Below, piece by piece: positions 10,328 to 20,153 of a DNA stretch of 57,712 nt. The stretch's first letter is position 1, and every line of letters starts with the position of its first letter. This DNA is from a bacterium (lineage in GTDB: Bacteria > Actinomycetota > Acidimicrobiia > Spongiisociales > ZC4RG35), in assembly GCA_024641285.1 (NCBI GenBank), contig JAHEDH010000003.1, forward strand, positions 1 through 57,712. Reading direction: 5' to 3'. The notes under the pieces were generated by a model, which was given only the letters and a program-made list of their open reading frames with translations, had not been told where the DNA came from and did not search any database. The position numbers and the translations under genes were made by a program.

Positions 10328-11020
10328 ATGGAAATCGAAGAGAGGAGCACGGCGGCGAGAATTCGCGACGCCGCCATCGAATGCTTCGCCACCGAGGGGA
10401 TCGGCGGAACGACTGCCCGAAGGGTCGCGGCGATCGCCGGTGTCTCGCCTGGCTCGGTGATCAACCACTTCGGCTCGATGGAAGGGCTGCGAGAGGCATG
10501 CGATCGCTACCTGCTCTCGGTCACACGCGATCGCAAGGAGCGGGCGATGACCGCGGGCCCGAATCTCGATGTGCTTGCCAGCCTCCGCGACGGAACCCAC
10601 CCGCACCTCATGGCATACCTCGCAGAAGTGCTCAGCGACGGTTCCCCATCCGTTGCGGAACTTGTCGATGGCATGGTTTCCGACGCCGAGGGCTATCTCG
10701 CCCAGGGGGTGGAGAGCGGCATGCTCCAACCCTCCGATGATCCGCACGGGCGGGCGGTGATCATGGTCATCTGGAACCTCGGACTGCTCAGTATGCACCA
10801 TCACCTGTTCCGGCTTCTCGACGTCGATCTGACCGACCCGGCCTTCGCGTCCACCCCGGCGATCGGCAACTACATCAGGCCGATCATGGAGATCTATGGC
10901 AATGGCGTGTTCACCGCAGAGTTCATGTCGAGCACCCGGGAGGCGATGACAGCGCTCGCAGAACACGGCGTCACCCCAGATTCACCCGAAGAAGGCAATG
11001 CTCAGGAAGGAACCCCATGA
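10328..11020 (+). CDS. TetR family transcriptional regulator
   Basis: N-terminal HTH (RIRDAAIECFATEG...TTARRVAAIAGVSPGSVINHFGS). Confidence 0.92.
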   Translation: MEIEERSTAARIRDAAIECFATEGIGGTTARRVAAIAGVSPGSVINHFGSMEGLREACDRYLLSVTRDRKERAMTAGPNLDVLASLRDGTHPHLMAYLAEVLSDGSPSVAELVDGMVSDAEGYLAQGVESGMLQPSDDPHGRAVIMVIWNLGLLSMHHHLFRLLDVDLTDPAFASTPAIGNYIRPIMEIYGNGVFTAEFMSSTREAMTALAEHGVTPDSPEEGNAQEGTP

Positions 11021-11925
11021 CGACTGGAACCCCGGCCATCGAGACTCGAGGCCTCACCAAGCACTACGGCGACTTCCCCGCCCTGAAGAACCTCGACCTC
11101 GAGGTGCAACGCGGCGAAGTCTTCGGCTTCCTCGGGCCCAATGGCGCGGGCAAGACCACCATGATCCGCACGATCCTCGACGAGATCCGACCGACATCGG
11201 GGTCGGCGACGATCCTGGGCTTCGACTCCCACAAAGACTCTGTCGAGATCCGGAATCACATCGGATATCTCCCCGGTGACCTCGCCATGTATCCGCGTCT
11301 GACCGGACGGGACACCCTCACCTACTTCGCAAACCTCCGTGGTGGTGTGGATTGGTCCTACGTGGATCAACTGGCCGAGCGACTCGACGCCGATCTTTCG
11401 AAGAAGGTCGGAGATCTCTCCACGGGCAACCGTCAGAAGGTCGGCCTGATCCAGGCATTCATGAACCGCCCGACCGTCCTCATCATGGACGAGCCGAGTA
11501 CCGGCCTCGACCCGCTCGTTCAACGCGAATTCCAGGCGATGATGCGCGAGGTGGTATCTGAGGGCCGCACCGTGTTCCTGTCGAGCCACACACTCTCGGA
11601 GGTCCAGCGGATCTCGGACCGCGTCGGCATCATCCGTCACGGCGAGCTGGTCGCGGTCGAAACAGTCCACGAGCTTCGATCGAAGGCGATGCGCCGCGTC
11701 GAGTTCGAGTTCGCCACGCCGGTCGTCGGGTCCATCTTCGACACGGTCCCGGGGGTACGCGACGTGATCCCGAACGAGCACCGCATCGTCCTCTCCTACG
11801 ACGGGAAGATCGACACGCTGCTCAAGACCGTCGCGAATCGGTATGAGATCGTCGACATCTCGACCGCAGAAGCCGACCTCGAAGAGATCTTCCTCACCTA
11901 CTACCGGGACGAGGTGACCGCCTGA
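11017..11925 (+). CDS. ABC-2 type exporter ATP-binding protein
   Basis: Walker A GPNGAGKTT, signature LSTGNRQ, Walker B LIMDEP, H-loop SSH. Confidence 0.95.
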   Translation: MTTGTPAIETRGLTKHYGDFPALKNLDLEVQRGEVFGFLGPNGAGKTTMIRTILDEIRPTSGSATILGFDSHKDSVEIRNHIGYLPGDLAMYPRLTGRDTLTYFANLRGGVDWSYVDQLAERLDADLSKKVGDLSTGNRQKVGLIQAFMNRPTVLIMDEPSTGLDPLVQREFQAMMREVVSEGRTVFLSSHTLSEVQRISDRVGIIRHGELVAVETVHELRSKAMRRVEFEFATPVVGSIFDTVPGVRDVIPNEHRIVLSYDGKIDTLLKTVANRYEIVDISTAEADLEEIFLTYYRDEVTA

Positions 11926-13583
11926 TGCTGGCAACGATCACTACGAAGACGATCGCCGACCGCTGGCGGGCGATCACCCTCGGCGCATTCACCGTTGCGC
12001 TGTTCCTGGTCGGTGGGATGGCCGCCTACAAGGAGGTCGACCTCTCCCTGTACACGAGCCTCCCGGAGGGATTCCGAACCCTGTTCGGCATCGCCGAGAG
12101 TGCCGACGCGGCCAGTCTCGCGTACGGAGCCATCTACGGCTTCTACGGGTCTCTGGTCCTGGCCGGTCTGGCGCTGTCCATGGGATCTGCCTCGATCGCC
12201 GGCGAGGAACGTGACGGCACGATCGGTGTCCTGCTGGGAAATCCGAAGAGCCGGACCGAGGTCCTCGTTTCCAAGGCAATCTCCACGGTCGCTCTCACCG
12301 CTCTGGCGGCGGTGGTCCTCTGGCTCGGAGCGCTGCTGGCCCCGGTCGTGTTGGGTGTGGACGTCACCGGGATGCGGGTCGGTGCACAGGCGTTCCACAT
12401 CTTCTCGAATGCCCTCTTCTACGGCTTCCTCGCACTGGCGATCGGCGCCTGGACCGGCAAGCCCTCGCTCGCATCCGGCATCACGTCAGGCCTCATGGTG
12501 CTGTCGTTCTTCGCCGTCGGGTTGCTCCCGCTGGTCGAGTCGTTGGCGAATGTGGCAAAGGTCTTCCCGTGGTACTACCTCGATGCCGGCCAGCCGCTCG
12601 TCAACGGGGTCCAGTGGGGCGGAATCGCCGTGCTGCTGGGTGGCAGCGCAGTGTTCACGGGGATCGCCTACGTCGGTGTGAACGGTCGGGATCTCCGGCT
12701 GCGATCAGTGGGTGGCTCGATCGTCGAGCGACTCCGGGAGGACCCACGGATCGGCTCACTCGTCGAGCGGATCTCGGGATCCGGGCGGGTGTCCCGGATC
12801 TGGACGAAAACCGTGAGCGACCACCAGGCCGTCGCGCTGATCTCGGGTCTGGCGATGTTCTGGATGATGGGCGTCATGATGGGCCCGATGTACGCCGCAG
12901 TGGACGAGCAGCTCGCCACGTTCGGGAAGGACCTGCCCGAGGCGCTGATGGCGCTGGTCGGGAGCGCCGACATCAGCACGCCCGAGGGCTGGTATCAGGT
13001 CGAGACCTTCAGCCTGATGGCGCCGATCCTTGTGATGGCGGTCACGATCACGATCGGAGCCAAGGCGCTGGCCGGGGAAGAGGCCCAACGCACCATGGGG
13101 CTGCTGTTGGGGAACCCGGTCCGCCGATCGAGCATCGTCCTGCAGAAGACCCTGGCCGCGGCGATTCTCGGTTTGCTCGTCGGTCTCGCCACGTTCCTCG
13201 GCGTCGCAGCCGGTTCGCTGATCGCCGGGCTGGGAGTGAGCTTCGCCAACATCGCGGCGGCCACGGCGCTGTCGGTCCTCATCGGCTTCGTCTTCGGCGG
13301 GCTCGCACTCCTGCTGAGCGCAATCACCGGCAAGGTGCGGGTGGCCGTCGTCGGGTCGGTCGGGGTGGCGTTTGCGATGTACTTGATGAATTCGCTGGCC
13401 CCCTTCAGCGACGCACTCTCAGGGCTCGCCGCATGGTCGCCGTATCACTACTACCTCACGAGTGATCCACTCGTGAACGGGATGCCTTGGGGCGATGCTG
13501 CGATCCTCTCAGCGATCGCGATGGTTCTGCTGGCAGCGTCGGTGTTCGCTTTCGACCGCAGGGACCTCCGCAGCGAGGGCTGA
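11925..13583 (+). CDS. ABC-2 type exporter permease, two fused TMD repeats
   Basis: Two copies of AGEE-x2-T-x-G-x-LLGNP-x2-R in a 552-aa hydrophobic protein. C-terminal RRDL motif. Confidence 0.9.
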   Translation: MLATITTKTIADRWRAITLGAFTVALFLVGGMAAYKEVDLSLYTSLPEGFRTLFGIAESADAASLAYGAIYGFYGSLVLAGLALSMGSASIAGEERDGTIGVLLGNPKSRTEVLVSKAISTVALTALAAVVLWLGALLAPVVLGVDVTGMRVGAQAFHIFSNALFYGFLALAIGAWTGKPSLASGITSGLMVLSFFAVGLLPLVESLANVAKVFPWYYLDAGQPLVNGVQWGGIAVLLGGSAVFTGIAYVGVNGRDLRLRSVGGSIVERLREDPRIGSLVERISGSGRVSRIWTKTVSDHQAVALISGLAMFWMMGVMMGPMYAAVDEQLATFGKDLPEALMALVGSADISTPEGWYQVETFSLMAPILVMAVTITIGAKALAGEEAQRTMGLLLGNPVRRSSIVLQKTLAAAILGLLVGLATFLGVAAGSLIAGLGVSFANIAAATALSVLIGFVFGGLALLLSAITGKVRVAVVGSVGVAFAMYLMNSLAPFSDALSGLAAWSPYHYYLTSDPLVNGMPWGDAAILSAIAMVLLAASVFAFDRRDLRSEG

Positions 13584-13666
13584 AGCCGGGCTCCAACCGG
13601 CTCGACACCCTCCGACTCCGGGGTCTCGGAGAGCAACGGCCCTGCGGAGGCAAGAGACGCGCTCGG

Positions 13667-14809
13667 TCAGACTCGCGCCTCGACGGCCATCGCTGCCCAG
13701 TCCTCGATGCGGTCGACGGCGCCCACCTCTTCGAGGTGCTCCAGGTCGAACGCTGCGGTGTCGGGATCCATGCCCGCGTCGACGAGTGCTCTCGCCGCAT
13801 GCACCGCAGTGGTGACACCAACGCCCTCCGAGGACCGTCTGCTCGGCAAGTGGTGGAGGGTGACTGCATCGACGACCCCGCCGGTCAGATTCCAAGAGGA
13901 GCACAGGTAGCCGGAGATCGCAGCATGAGTCGAACCGAAGAGCCTGATCTCGTCTCTGTCGCGTTGGGCCAAATCGATCTTCATGTAATCGTCGCGCCAG
14001 TTCTGGAAGAGGACGACCTCACCGATGTCGTGAAGCAGTCCTGCGAGCTGAGCCTCGTCGGCGAGCTGAGTGTCGAGGCCTTCCTGCGCCGCGATCATGC
14101 GTGCCAGCCCTCCAACGAGAAGCGAGTCGCTCCACAAACGCTCGATGAGTCGCTGGTCGAACGGCGAGACCGGCTCGAAGACGCCGCTGGCGAGAACCAG
14201 CGGGGTCAGCCTCCGCAGTCCGATGAGCGCGGCCGCCTGCTTCACATCGGTCACGTCGTGGCGCAATCCCATCATCGGAGAGTTGACGAGCTGGAGAACC
14301 CTCACCGTGAGTGCCGGGTCGTTCTCGACGAGCGCCGCCACTCTGGCGATCTGCGGATCCTCGCTGTTGACCTCGTCCTGGAGAGCCGTGTAGATCTTCG
14401 GCAGGGTGGGGAGGTGGCGGGCTCGCTCGACGAGGTGCTTGAGTCGGCCACCGTCCGAAGCGCTCTTGCGGCGCTCGATCTGCGAAGACAGTTGGGTCAC
14501 CAGTTCGGCGAATTCCGATCGTGAGCTCACGACGTGCTGGGCGTCACCCGGTGCCGTTCCGGGCGGGGCGATGAGGATGCGGACGACGAGCGGGAATCGA
14601 TCTGCGAAGCCGGTCATGACGCCTCTTCCGATCGGCGTCGCGGTCGCGATGATGATGTCGGACCCCTCCGATGATGCCAGCACTGCAGCCCCGTCGAGGT
14701 CGCCGGCAAATGACGGAACGACGCGAAAGCCGCCCCAATTCAAGGCGGACGGGAGCGAGAGGTCCGATGTCTCGTCGTTTATCACCACGGCGGCGATTGA
14801 TTGGCTCAT
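13667..14809 (-). CDS. HDOD domain protein with degenerate N-terminal receiver-like domain
   Basis: LPTLP, DPALTVRVLQLVNS, AGLLHDIG, HH motifs. Confidence 0.85.
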   Translation of the reverse strand: MSQSIAAVVINDETSDLSLPSALNWGGFRVVPSFAGDLDGAAVLASSEGSDIIIATATPIGRGVMTGFADRFPLVVRILIAPPGTAPGDAQHVVSSRSEFAELVTQLSSQIERRKSASDGGRLKHLVERARHLPTLPKIYTALQDEVNSEDPQIARVAALVENDPALTVRVLQLVNSPMMGLRHDVTDVKQAAALIGLRRLTPLVLASGVFEPVSPFDQRLIERLWSDSLLVGGLARMIAAQEGLDTQLADEAQLAGLLHDIGEVVLFQNWRDDYMKIDLAQRDRDEIRLFGSTHAAISGYLCSSWNLTGGVVDAVTLHHLPSRRSSEGVGVTTAVHAARALVDAGMDPDTAAFDLEHLEEVGAVDRIEDWAAMAVEARV

Positions 14810-15028
14810 GGGTCGTGATCCCCTTTGGTGACTATTCGGTATTTCGGCTTCCACAGACAGATCTGAACGCATTCATGGGCGATTCAACCGAGGCCGACCT
14901 GACGACACGCCGCGCGAGCGCGATCCCAACGCCTCGTCGGGTGCAGCGAGCTCGTGTATTCATCCTGATTCGCCCGGCCTGTTCCCCTCGCCGGAGGAAT
15001 CCGGTACGGTCGCCACAGGAGGTGCAGT

Positions 15029-15214
15029 GTGAGAGGCAGACCTGTCATCGGGGTGATCGGAGGATTGTTGTTCGGGCTCGGGATGATGCTGGTGCTCCAG
15101 CAGGCGGGAATCTACCCCCTGAAGCCGGCTTCGGTCTACGGGCTTCCGATCCTGGGAGTCGTCATCGGACTGGTCATGGCGGGCCGGGCACCGTTGGGAG
15201 GCGGTAGGTCATGA
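15029..15214 (+). CDS. Small two-helix membrane protein
   Basis: AGGAGG RBS before the GTG, two hydrophobic segments, ATGA overlap with the next gene. Confidence 0.7.
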   Translation: MRGRPVIGVIGGLLFGLGMMLVLQQAGIYPLKPASVYGLPILGVVIGLVMAGRAPLGGGRS

Positions 15215-15795
15215 GGCGCGCACTCACCATCATCGCCTTCGCGGCCCTCGCAGCGACGATGCTGGCGATGCCCGCATCGGCCGGCACCATGGAGGGAGAC
15301 TGCACCGCCTCCGCCATCTCCGGGGACTCGTCCCGGGCCGACGGCTCGGAGCTCGACAGTAAAACGGTGGCGGAAGCGACGGAATCGAATCCGTTCAAGG
15401 TGGATCTGGATGGGTCGGTGTCTTGGGACGCTCGCTCCGACGTCCCGATCGAAGATCACACCTGGAGCATCGGTCTGATCATCGGAGGCACCAAGGCGCA
15501 GTTCTTCAGCGGGGGCGACCCGAACACGGCCGGAACCCAGACGAGCGTGGGGACTGTGTCGGTCAAGGACCGGCTCGACGAGATCCAGAACAGCATGATG
15601 CAGTGGGTGATCGGCGAGCTCAATGGCAAGCTCGAGGCTTGGGGCCGGATCGAAGGCGCCGACGGCACGTTCTGTGCAGGGACCGCATGGGTCGAGATCG
15701 ACGGAGGCTTCGGTCTCATCGGCCTCGTCGGGGCAGGTGTGGCAGCGGCCGGTGGCGGGATGCTCGTGCGCGCGGGAATGAAGAAGTTGGCCTGA
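15211..15795 (+). CDS. Hypothetical exported protein with C-terminal membrane anchor
   Basis: Signal peptide (MRRALTII...ASA), two Cys, C-terminal Gly/Ala-rich TM helix followed by KK. Confidence 0.75.
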   Translation: MRRALTIIAFAALAATMLAMPASAGTMEGDCTASAISGDSSRADGSELDSKTVAEATESNPFKVDLDGSVSWDARSDVPIEDHTWSIGLIIGGTKAQFFSGGDPNTAGTQTSVGTVSVKDRLDEIQNSMMQWVIGELNGKLEAWGRIEGADGTFCAGTAWVEIDGGFGLIGLVGAGVAAAGGGMLVRAGMKKLA

Positions 15796-15818
15796 CACAA
15801 GGCGGTCGAGCCGCTTAC

Positions 15819-17168
15819 TCAGAGCTGACCGGGATCGCGACCTGCGAATACTTCGAGATAGGCGGGATCGTCGAAGCGCACCGGCAGCATCGCATCGGAG
15901 AACGAAGGCAGGTCCTGTCCGACGACGTGGCGGGCGGCAAGTTCGCCTGCGGCCGGCGCCGCCATGATGCCGTACCCCGAGAGCGCCCCCACGACGTACG
16001 AGCCGTCGGGCCCGACCGGTCCGATCAGCGGTCGATTCTCCGGTGTCTTGGTGTAGTACCCGCCGTCGACGTACGGCTGCGGTAGACGCTCCAGGTATGC
16101 AGCCATGTCCGGGATCATCGTGGCGAGCCCGCGGACGACCATCTCGGGATACATCGGCTCCTCGGGGATCGGGAACACCGGGGCGATGACGTCGGTTCGG
16201 TACTCCCAGAGGCCCAGCACCACATCGGAGTCGCCCCCGCCGTCCGGACGGCAGTGGGCGCCGGCATCGAGTCGTCCGGCCAGATGATTGAGAGCCGGGT
16301 CCTCGAGCAGCATCGCACGCTCCTCGGCGTCCCACTCGAGCTCCTGTGGGTCGTTCCAGATCAGCATCGGAGCATGGCGAGGCACGGTCGAGCGCGTGTC
16401 GTGAAAGGACATCTTGCGATGGATCTCGGAGTGAATCGGAAGCTCGACACCGACCATCCGACCGACGTCACCGAGGAGCGGGCCGGCAGCGTTCACGAAG
16501 CGCCTCGTGTCGATCACGCCGTGCCCGAGATGAACTCGTTCGATCCTGCCCAGCTCGACGTCGACACCGACGACTGCGTCCTGGACGAGTGTGGCGCCGG
16601 CGGCGACCGCTTCATCCAGCAGCCACGTCCCCAGCTGCTGGGCGGAGAGCCATCCGGCGCGTCTGGCATGGAGCCCGCCGACGGCTCTCCCCGAGACGTA
16701 GGGAAACGCGGCGTGCAGCGCCTCTGCATCGAAGACGTCCGCTCCCCCCGGCGGATCGGGGTCGACCGGGTCCCACGGGACGTAGCGGCCGAGGTCCACT
16801 CCGACGTGAGCCCGGACGTCTCCCGCTCCGAGAGCCGAGATCTCGTCGGCCTGGGTTCGCATCGAGTCCAGCGTGGCCGGATCGGACGTCAGGTAGAGAT
16901 ATCCGCGCCTCGACAGGTTGAAGATGTCGCCGCTGGCGTCCGCCCACTCCTGCAGCAGGTCGATCGAGCGGTTCATGAACGCGACCATGGCGTCACCGGG
17001 GCCCGGCCACCAGTTCCGGTAGCACTCCGTCGACTTGTCACTCGTCATCGACAACGGAGGGCCCGGGTCGCAGATCACGACGCCGTCGAGTCCCTGGACC
17101 ACGCTGAGATGGAACGCCGTCGACACTCCGGCGATCCCCGCTCCGGCGATCACGACCTGGGCATCCAT
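15819..17168 (-). CDS. FAD-dependent oxidoreductase (DAO/sarcosine oxidase beta family)
   Basis: VVIAGAGIAG dinucleotide fold, VNAAG, TPENRPLIG, SGYGIM. Confidence 0.88.
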   Translation of the reverse strand: MDAQVVIAGAGIAGVSTAFHLSVVQGLDGVVICDPGPPLSMTSDKSTECYRNWWPGPGDAMVAFMNRSIDLLQEWADASGDIFNLSRRGYLYLTSDPATLDSMRTQADEISALGAGDVRAHVGVDLGRYVPWDPVDPDPPGGADVFDAEALHAAFPYVSGRAVGGLHARRAGWLSAQQLGTWLLDEAVAAGATLVQDAVVGVDVELGRIERVHLGHGVIDTRRFVNAAGPLLGDVGRMVGVELPIHSEIHRKMSFHDTRSTVPRHAPMLIWNDPQELEWDAEERAMLLEDPALNHLAGRLDAGAHCRPDGGGDSDVVLGLWEYRTDVIAPVFPIPEEPMYPEMVVRGLATMIPDMAAYLERLPQPYVDGGYYTKTPENRPLIGPVGPDGSYVVGALSGYGIMAAPAAGELAARHVVGQDLPSFSDAMLPVRFDDPAYLEVFAGRDPGQL

Positions 17169-17220
17169 CAGGTCAACGCTAGATACCGAAGGACATGCCC
17201 GGGTCATTTCGAGTCACCCG

Positions 17221-19059
17221 TCACCCGCCGGAGCCGCTGCTACCGAACCACACGACGAAGCCGTCACCGGGTTCGAGTTCGAAGGCGGTGGAACGACCCT
17301 CGAAGTCGACGACGTCGAGCGACCGGCCGGAGATCGCCTGACGGGCCCGGGCTCCGCCAAAGCGGCGCAGGTCGAGTTCGATCCCACGGGGCTGCTCGCC
17401 GTTGATCCCTCCGACCCACCAGCGGTCGCCGGATCTCCTGGCGATCACGACGAACTCGCCGGGGTAGCCGTCGATGAGCCTGGCCTCGTCCCACACCGCC
17501 GGTACCTCCGAGAGGAACATACGAACGGGCCGGGCCAGCGAGTCGTAACTCGTGACGCTGTCGGCGTAATGCTGAAGTCTCGACTGGAACACCACCGACA
17601 GCGCCAACTCGTGCCCGGCAGTGGTGAGGTGCGGATACAGCTGGTCGGAGAAGGTCACCGGCGTGTAGTCCATCGAGCCGACGACGTTGCGGGTGAACGG
17701 AAGAACCGTGTTGTGCCAGATGGCGGTCTGGGGATAGTCCTCGGCGAAGAAGTACTGCTCGGCGCCGCGGACGGCCTCCATCGTCATCACGTTCGGCCAG
17801 GTCCGCTCCCATCCCTTTGGCGCGGTGCAGCCGTGAAAGTTGACCATCATTCCGGCCTCGGCGGCGTCGGCAGCAATGGCGTGATATCGCTCGATGATGT
17901 CGGTGCGATCGGAATGGAAGAAGTCGACCTTGACGCCGGCGACGCCCATCGAAGCGAGGCGCTCGAACTCGGCTCTCCGGACCGCCGGCTCGTGCATCCG
18001 GTCCCGAGGTTGCTCGGGAACCAGATTGTTGGAGCCACCGGAGTTGTACCAGAGGAAGACACCGACGCCGCGGGTTCGAGCGTGGGCCAAGACACCTTCG
18101 AAGTCCGTCGGATCGTTCAGATTCCAGTTGGCGTCGATGAGTGTGTGCTCCCAGCCGAACTCGGCAGCGAGGTCGATGAACGTCCTCAGCGCCTCGGGAT
18201 TGCCAGGGCTCGCATGATCCGACCACCAGGACCACGAGACACGTCCCGGCCGGATCCATGTCGTGTCTTCGACCCGGCTCGGATCGGCGAAGTCGGTGAC
18301 GGCGGTCGATCCGTGGATGGCTGCCAGGTCGTCTGATACGACGATCAACCTCCATGGACTGGTCCACGGAGAGGAGACCGGCTCGCCAGGCGGCTCCGTA
18401 CTCAAGCCTTCCTCGGGGTACGGGAGCTCGATCCTGTAGGTGAGGTCGCCGTCGGCTTGCAGGTGGGCGCCGAAGTTCCCGGGGCCGACCGCAGACTCGG
18501 CCAGCAGGACCCAGACTCCATCGGACTCGAACAGGGCGGGAAGGTTCCAGCTCGGGGCCTCGGTCGGGGTCCCGATCGGGATGCCGTTCGCGTAGAGCGC
18601 CTCGTAGGCTGGGGCTCCGAGCGCCGGCGGATCGTGCGGTTGGATCCATACGCGACCCGGCGAGACGAATCGGAACGACATCCGATCGGACAGCAGCCGG
18701 TCGGCGCCTCCACCCCACGAGTACCGCAGCCCGATGGTGTCATCGGTGACCCGGACCTGCAGCGTCAGCCGGTCTCCTCCGTCTGAGACGAACACGAGGT
18801 TTCGCTGGTGGGCGGTGATCTCGATGACGGTCTCCGACCCGACCATCCGGTACGAGTCCTCGAACACCTCGATGTCATCGGCCTCGTCGAGGTTCAGGCT
18901 CGACAGATCACGCTCGGCAAACGCCAGCCCGATTCGACAGCCCCTCATGACGGCGACGTCGTCGAAGATCACGTCGAACACCGGATCGCCGCGTGCGATG
19001 TCCAGCTGCAAGGCCAGTCGATCACTCGGGCTGCGGACTTCCGTAGGTCTTTCGGTCAC
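17221..19059 (-). CDS. Glycoside hydrolase family 97
   Basis: WIRPGRVSWSWW, GVKVDFF, NFHG, MEAVRG, LPFTRNVVGSMDYTP. Confidence 0.9.
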   Translation of the reverse strand: MTERPTEVRSPSDRLALQLDIARGDPVFDVIFDDVAVMRGCRIGLAFAERDLSSLNLDEADDIEVFEDSYRMVGSETVIEITAHQRNLVFVSDGGDRLTLQVRVTDDTIGLRYSWGGGADRLLSDRMSFRFVSPGRVWIQPHDPPALGAPAYEALYANGIPIGTPTEAPSWNLPALFESDGVWVLLAESAVGPGNFGAHLQADGDLTYRIELPYPEEGLSTEPPGEPVSSPWTSPWRLIVVSDDLAAIHGSTAVTDFADPSRVEDTTWIRPGRVSWSWWSDHASPGNPEALRTFIDLAAEFGWEHTLIDANWNLNDPTDFEGVLAHARTRGVGVFLWYNSGGSNNLVPEQPRDRMHEPAVRRAEFERLASMGVAGVKVDFFHSDRTDIIERYHAIAADAAEAGMMVNFHGCTAPKGWERTWPNVMTMEAVRGAEQYFFAEDYPQTAIWHNTVLPFTRNVVGSMDYTPVTFSDQLYPHLTTAGHELALSVVFQSRLQHYADSVTSYDSLARPVRMFLSEVPAVWDEARLIDGYPGEFVVIARRSGDRWWVGGINGEQPRGIELDLRRFGGARARQAISGRSLDVVDFEGRSTAFELEPGDGFVVWFGSSGSGG

Positions 19060-19142
19060 CGCACAGAAGATACGGGCTGCGCGGGAACGGAGAACGCAGA
19101 GACGTCAAGACCTCGAAGTGGTTCAGCCTCGAGGCGAGCCCC

Positions 19143-19472
19143 TCACCGCTCGAGCAACCGCACTTCGGGGACTCGACCGGTTGCCCCGTCGACGAGCTCC
19201 CGATCACCGAGTGGGTAGTCGAGGACGACCGTGAGCGTGTCCCTGCAGTCGTTCGTCGTGTCGTCCCTCGCAACGATCGTCACCTCGACGGTCGCAGCAG
19301 ACTCGACGACGGAAGCTTCGAGGTCCGCATTGCAGGTGTCGACGCCGAACTCCAGCGTGATTCCGTCAGGCCCCAAACCTGCCTGAGGGCTGATCTCAGG
19401 ATGAAACGCACATCCCGCAAGGAGCAGCACGGACCCGAGGACCGCTAGCACCCCATGCCTTGTGTTCCTCAT
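19143..19472 (-). CDS. Hypothetical lipoprotein
   Basis: Lipobox LAGC after a basic/hydrophobic signal. A further Cys pair in the mature domain. Confidence 0.7.
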   Translation of the reverse strand: MRNTRHGVLAVLGSVLLLAGCAFHPEISPQAGLGPDGITLEFGVDTCNADLEASVVESAATVEVTIVARDDTTNDCRDTLTVVLDYPLGDRELVDGATGRVPEVRLLER

Positions 19473-19549
19473 GCCGACCGTGGCCTTCTCGTGCGAGACG
19501 CCATGCCACGTCGGTCTGCCGAGAACACGTGCGTCCGGAACCCTTGTCG

Positions 19550-19570
19550 CGTATCACAGAACGTGATACG
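19550..19570. promoter_or_regulatory. TA operator palindrome overlapping the -10 element
   Basis: Perfect inverted repeat CGTATCAC-N5-GTGATACG overlapping TACGTT, which lies 7 nt before the antitoxin ATG. Confidence 0.75.
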
Positions 19571-19579
19571 TTGGCTCTC

Positions 19580-19819
19580 ATGGCACAGGCGATATCGGTT
19601 CGACTCGACGATGAAGCACTCAGAGCCCTGAGTGAGCTCGAGGCGACTGGCATGAGTCGCTCAGAGGCCATCCGTGCTGCGCTCGTGACCGCTGCATCTC
19701 GACTGCGCGACAAGCGAGCCTTGGCTGCGGAAGTAGCAGCCCTCGAAGCCGACGAAGACGACCGCACGGAGATGCTGGCAGTAGCCGAGATCATGGAAGA
19801 CCTCCGTGCGTCGGGGTGA
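19580..19819 (+). CDS. Ribbon-helix-helix (CopG-type) antitoxin
   Basis: AISVRLD...SRSEAIRAAL RHH pattern, acidic C-terminus, overlaps the toxin gene. Confidence 0.85.
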   Translation: MAQAISVRLDDEALRALSELEATGMSRSEAIRAALVTAASRLRDKRALAAEVAALEADEDDRTEMLAVAEIMEDLRASG

Positions 19820-20123
19820 CATCTTTGCCTTGCGTCTCCCGAAAGGAACGGGTCACGAACAACAAGGACGTCGATTCGGTGTCGTGATCCAATCCGATGC
19901 CTTCCTCCCACGGTCTGTCGTCCTGGTGGCTCCGACATCGACCAGCGCAAAACCCGCATCGTTCAGGCCCGAGATCGACATTGCAGGCACCGTCACCCGG
20001 GTGCTCGTCGAGCAGATCGGCGCCGTCGACCTTGGCCGACTTGGTGACCTCGCAGGCCATCTCGCACCAGAGGAACAGTGGGGAGTCGACGCTGCGCTCC
20101 TGACCGTGCTCGGTCTGGACTGA
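19806..20123 (+). CDS. mazF: PemK/MazF family toxin
   Basis: MRRGDIF...GHEQQGRRFGVVIQ...VAPTST...EQI pattern. Confidence 0.9.
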   Translation: MRRGDIFALRLPKGTGHEQQGRRFGVVIQSDAFLPRSVVLVAPTSTSAKPASFRPEIDIAGTVTRVLVEQIGAVDLGRLGDLAGHLAPEEQWGVDAALLTVLGLD

Positions 20124-20153
20124 CCGACGAGCGAGTGGCGTAGGCTCGGAGTC

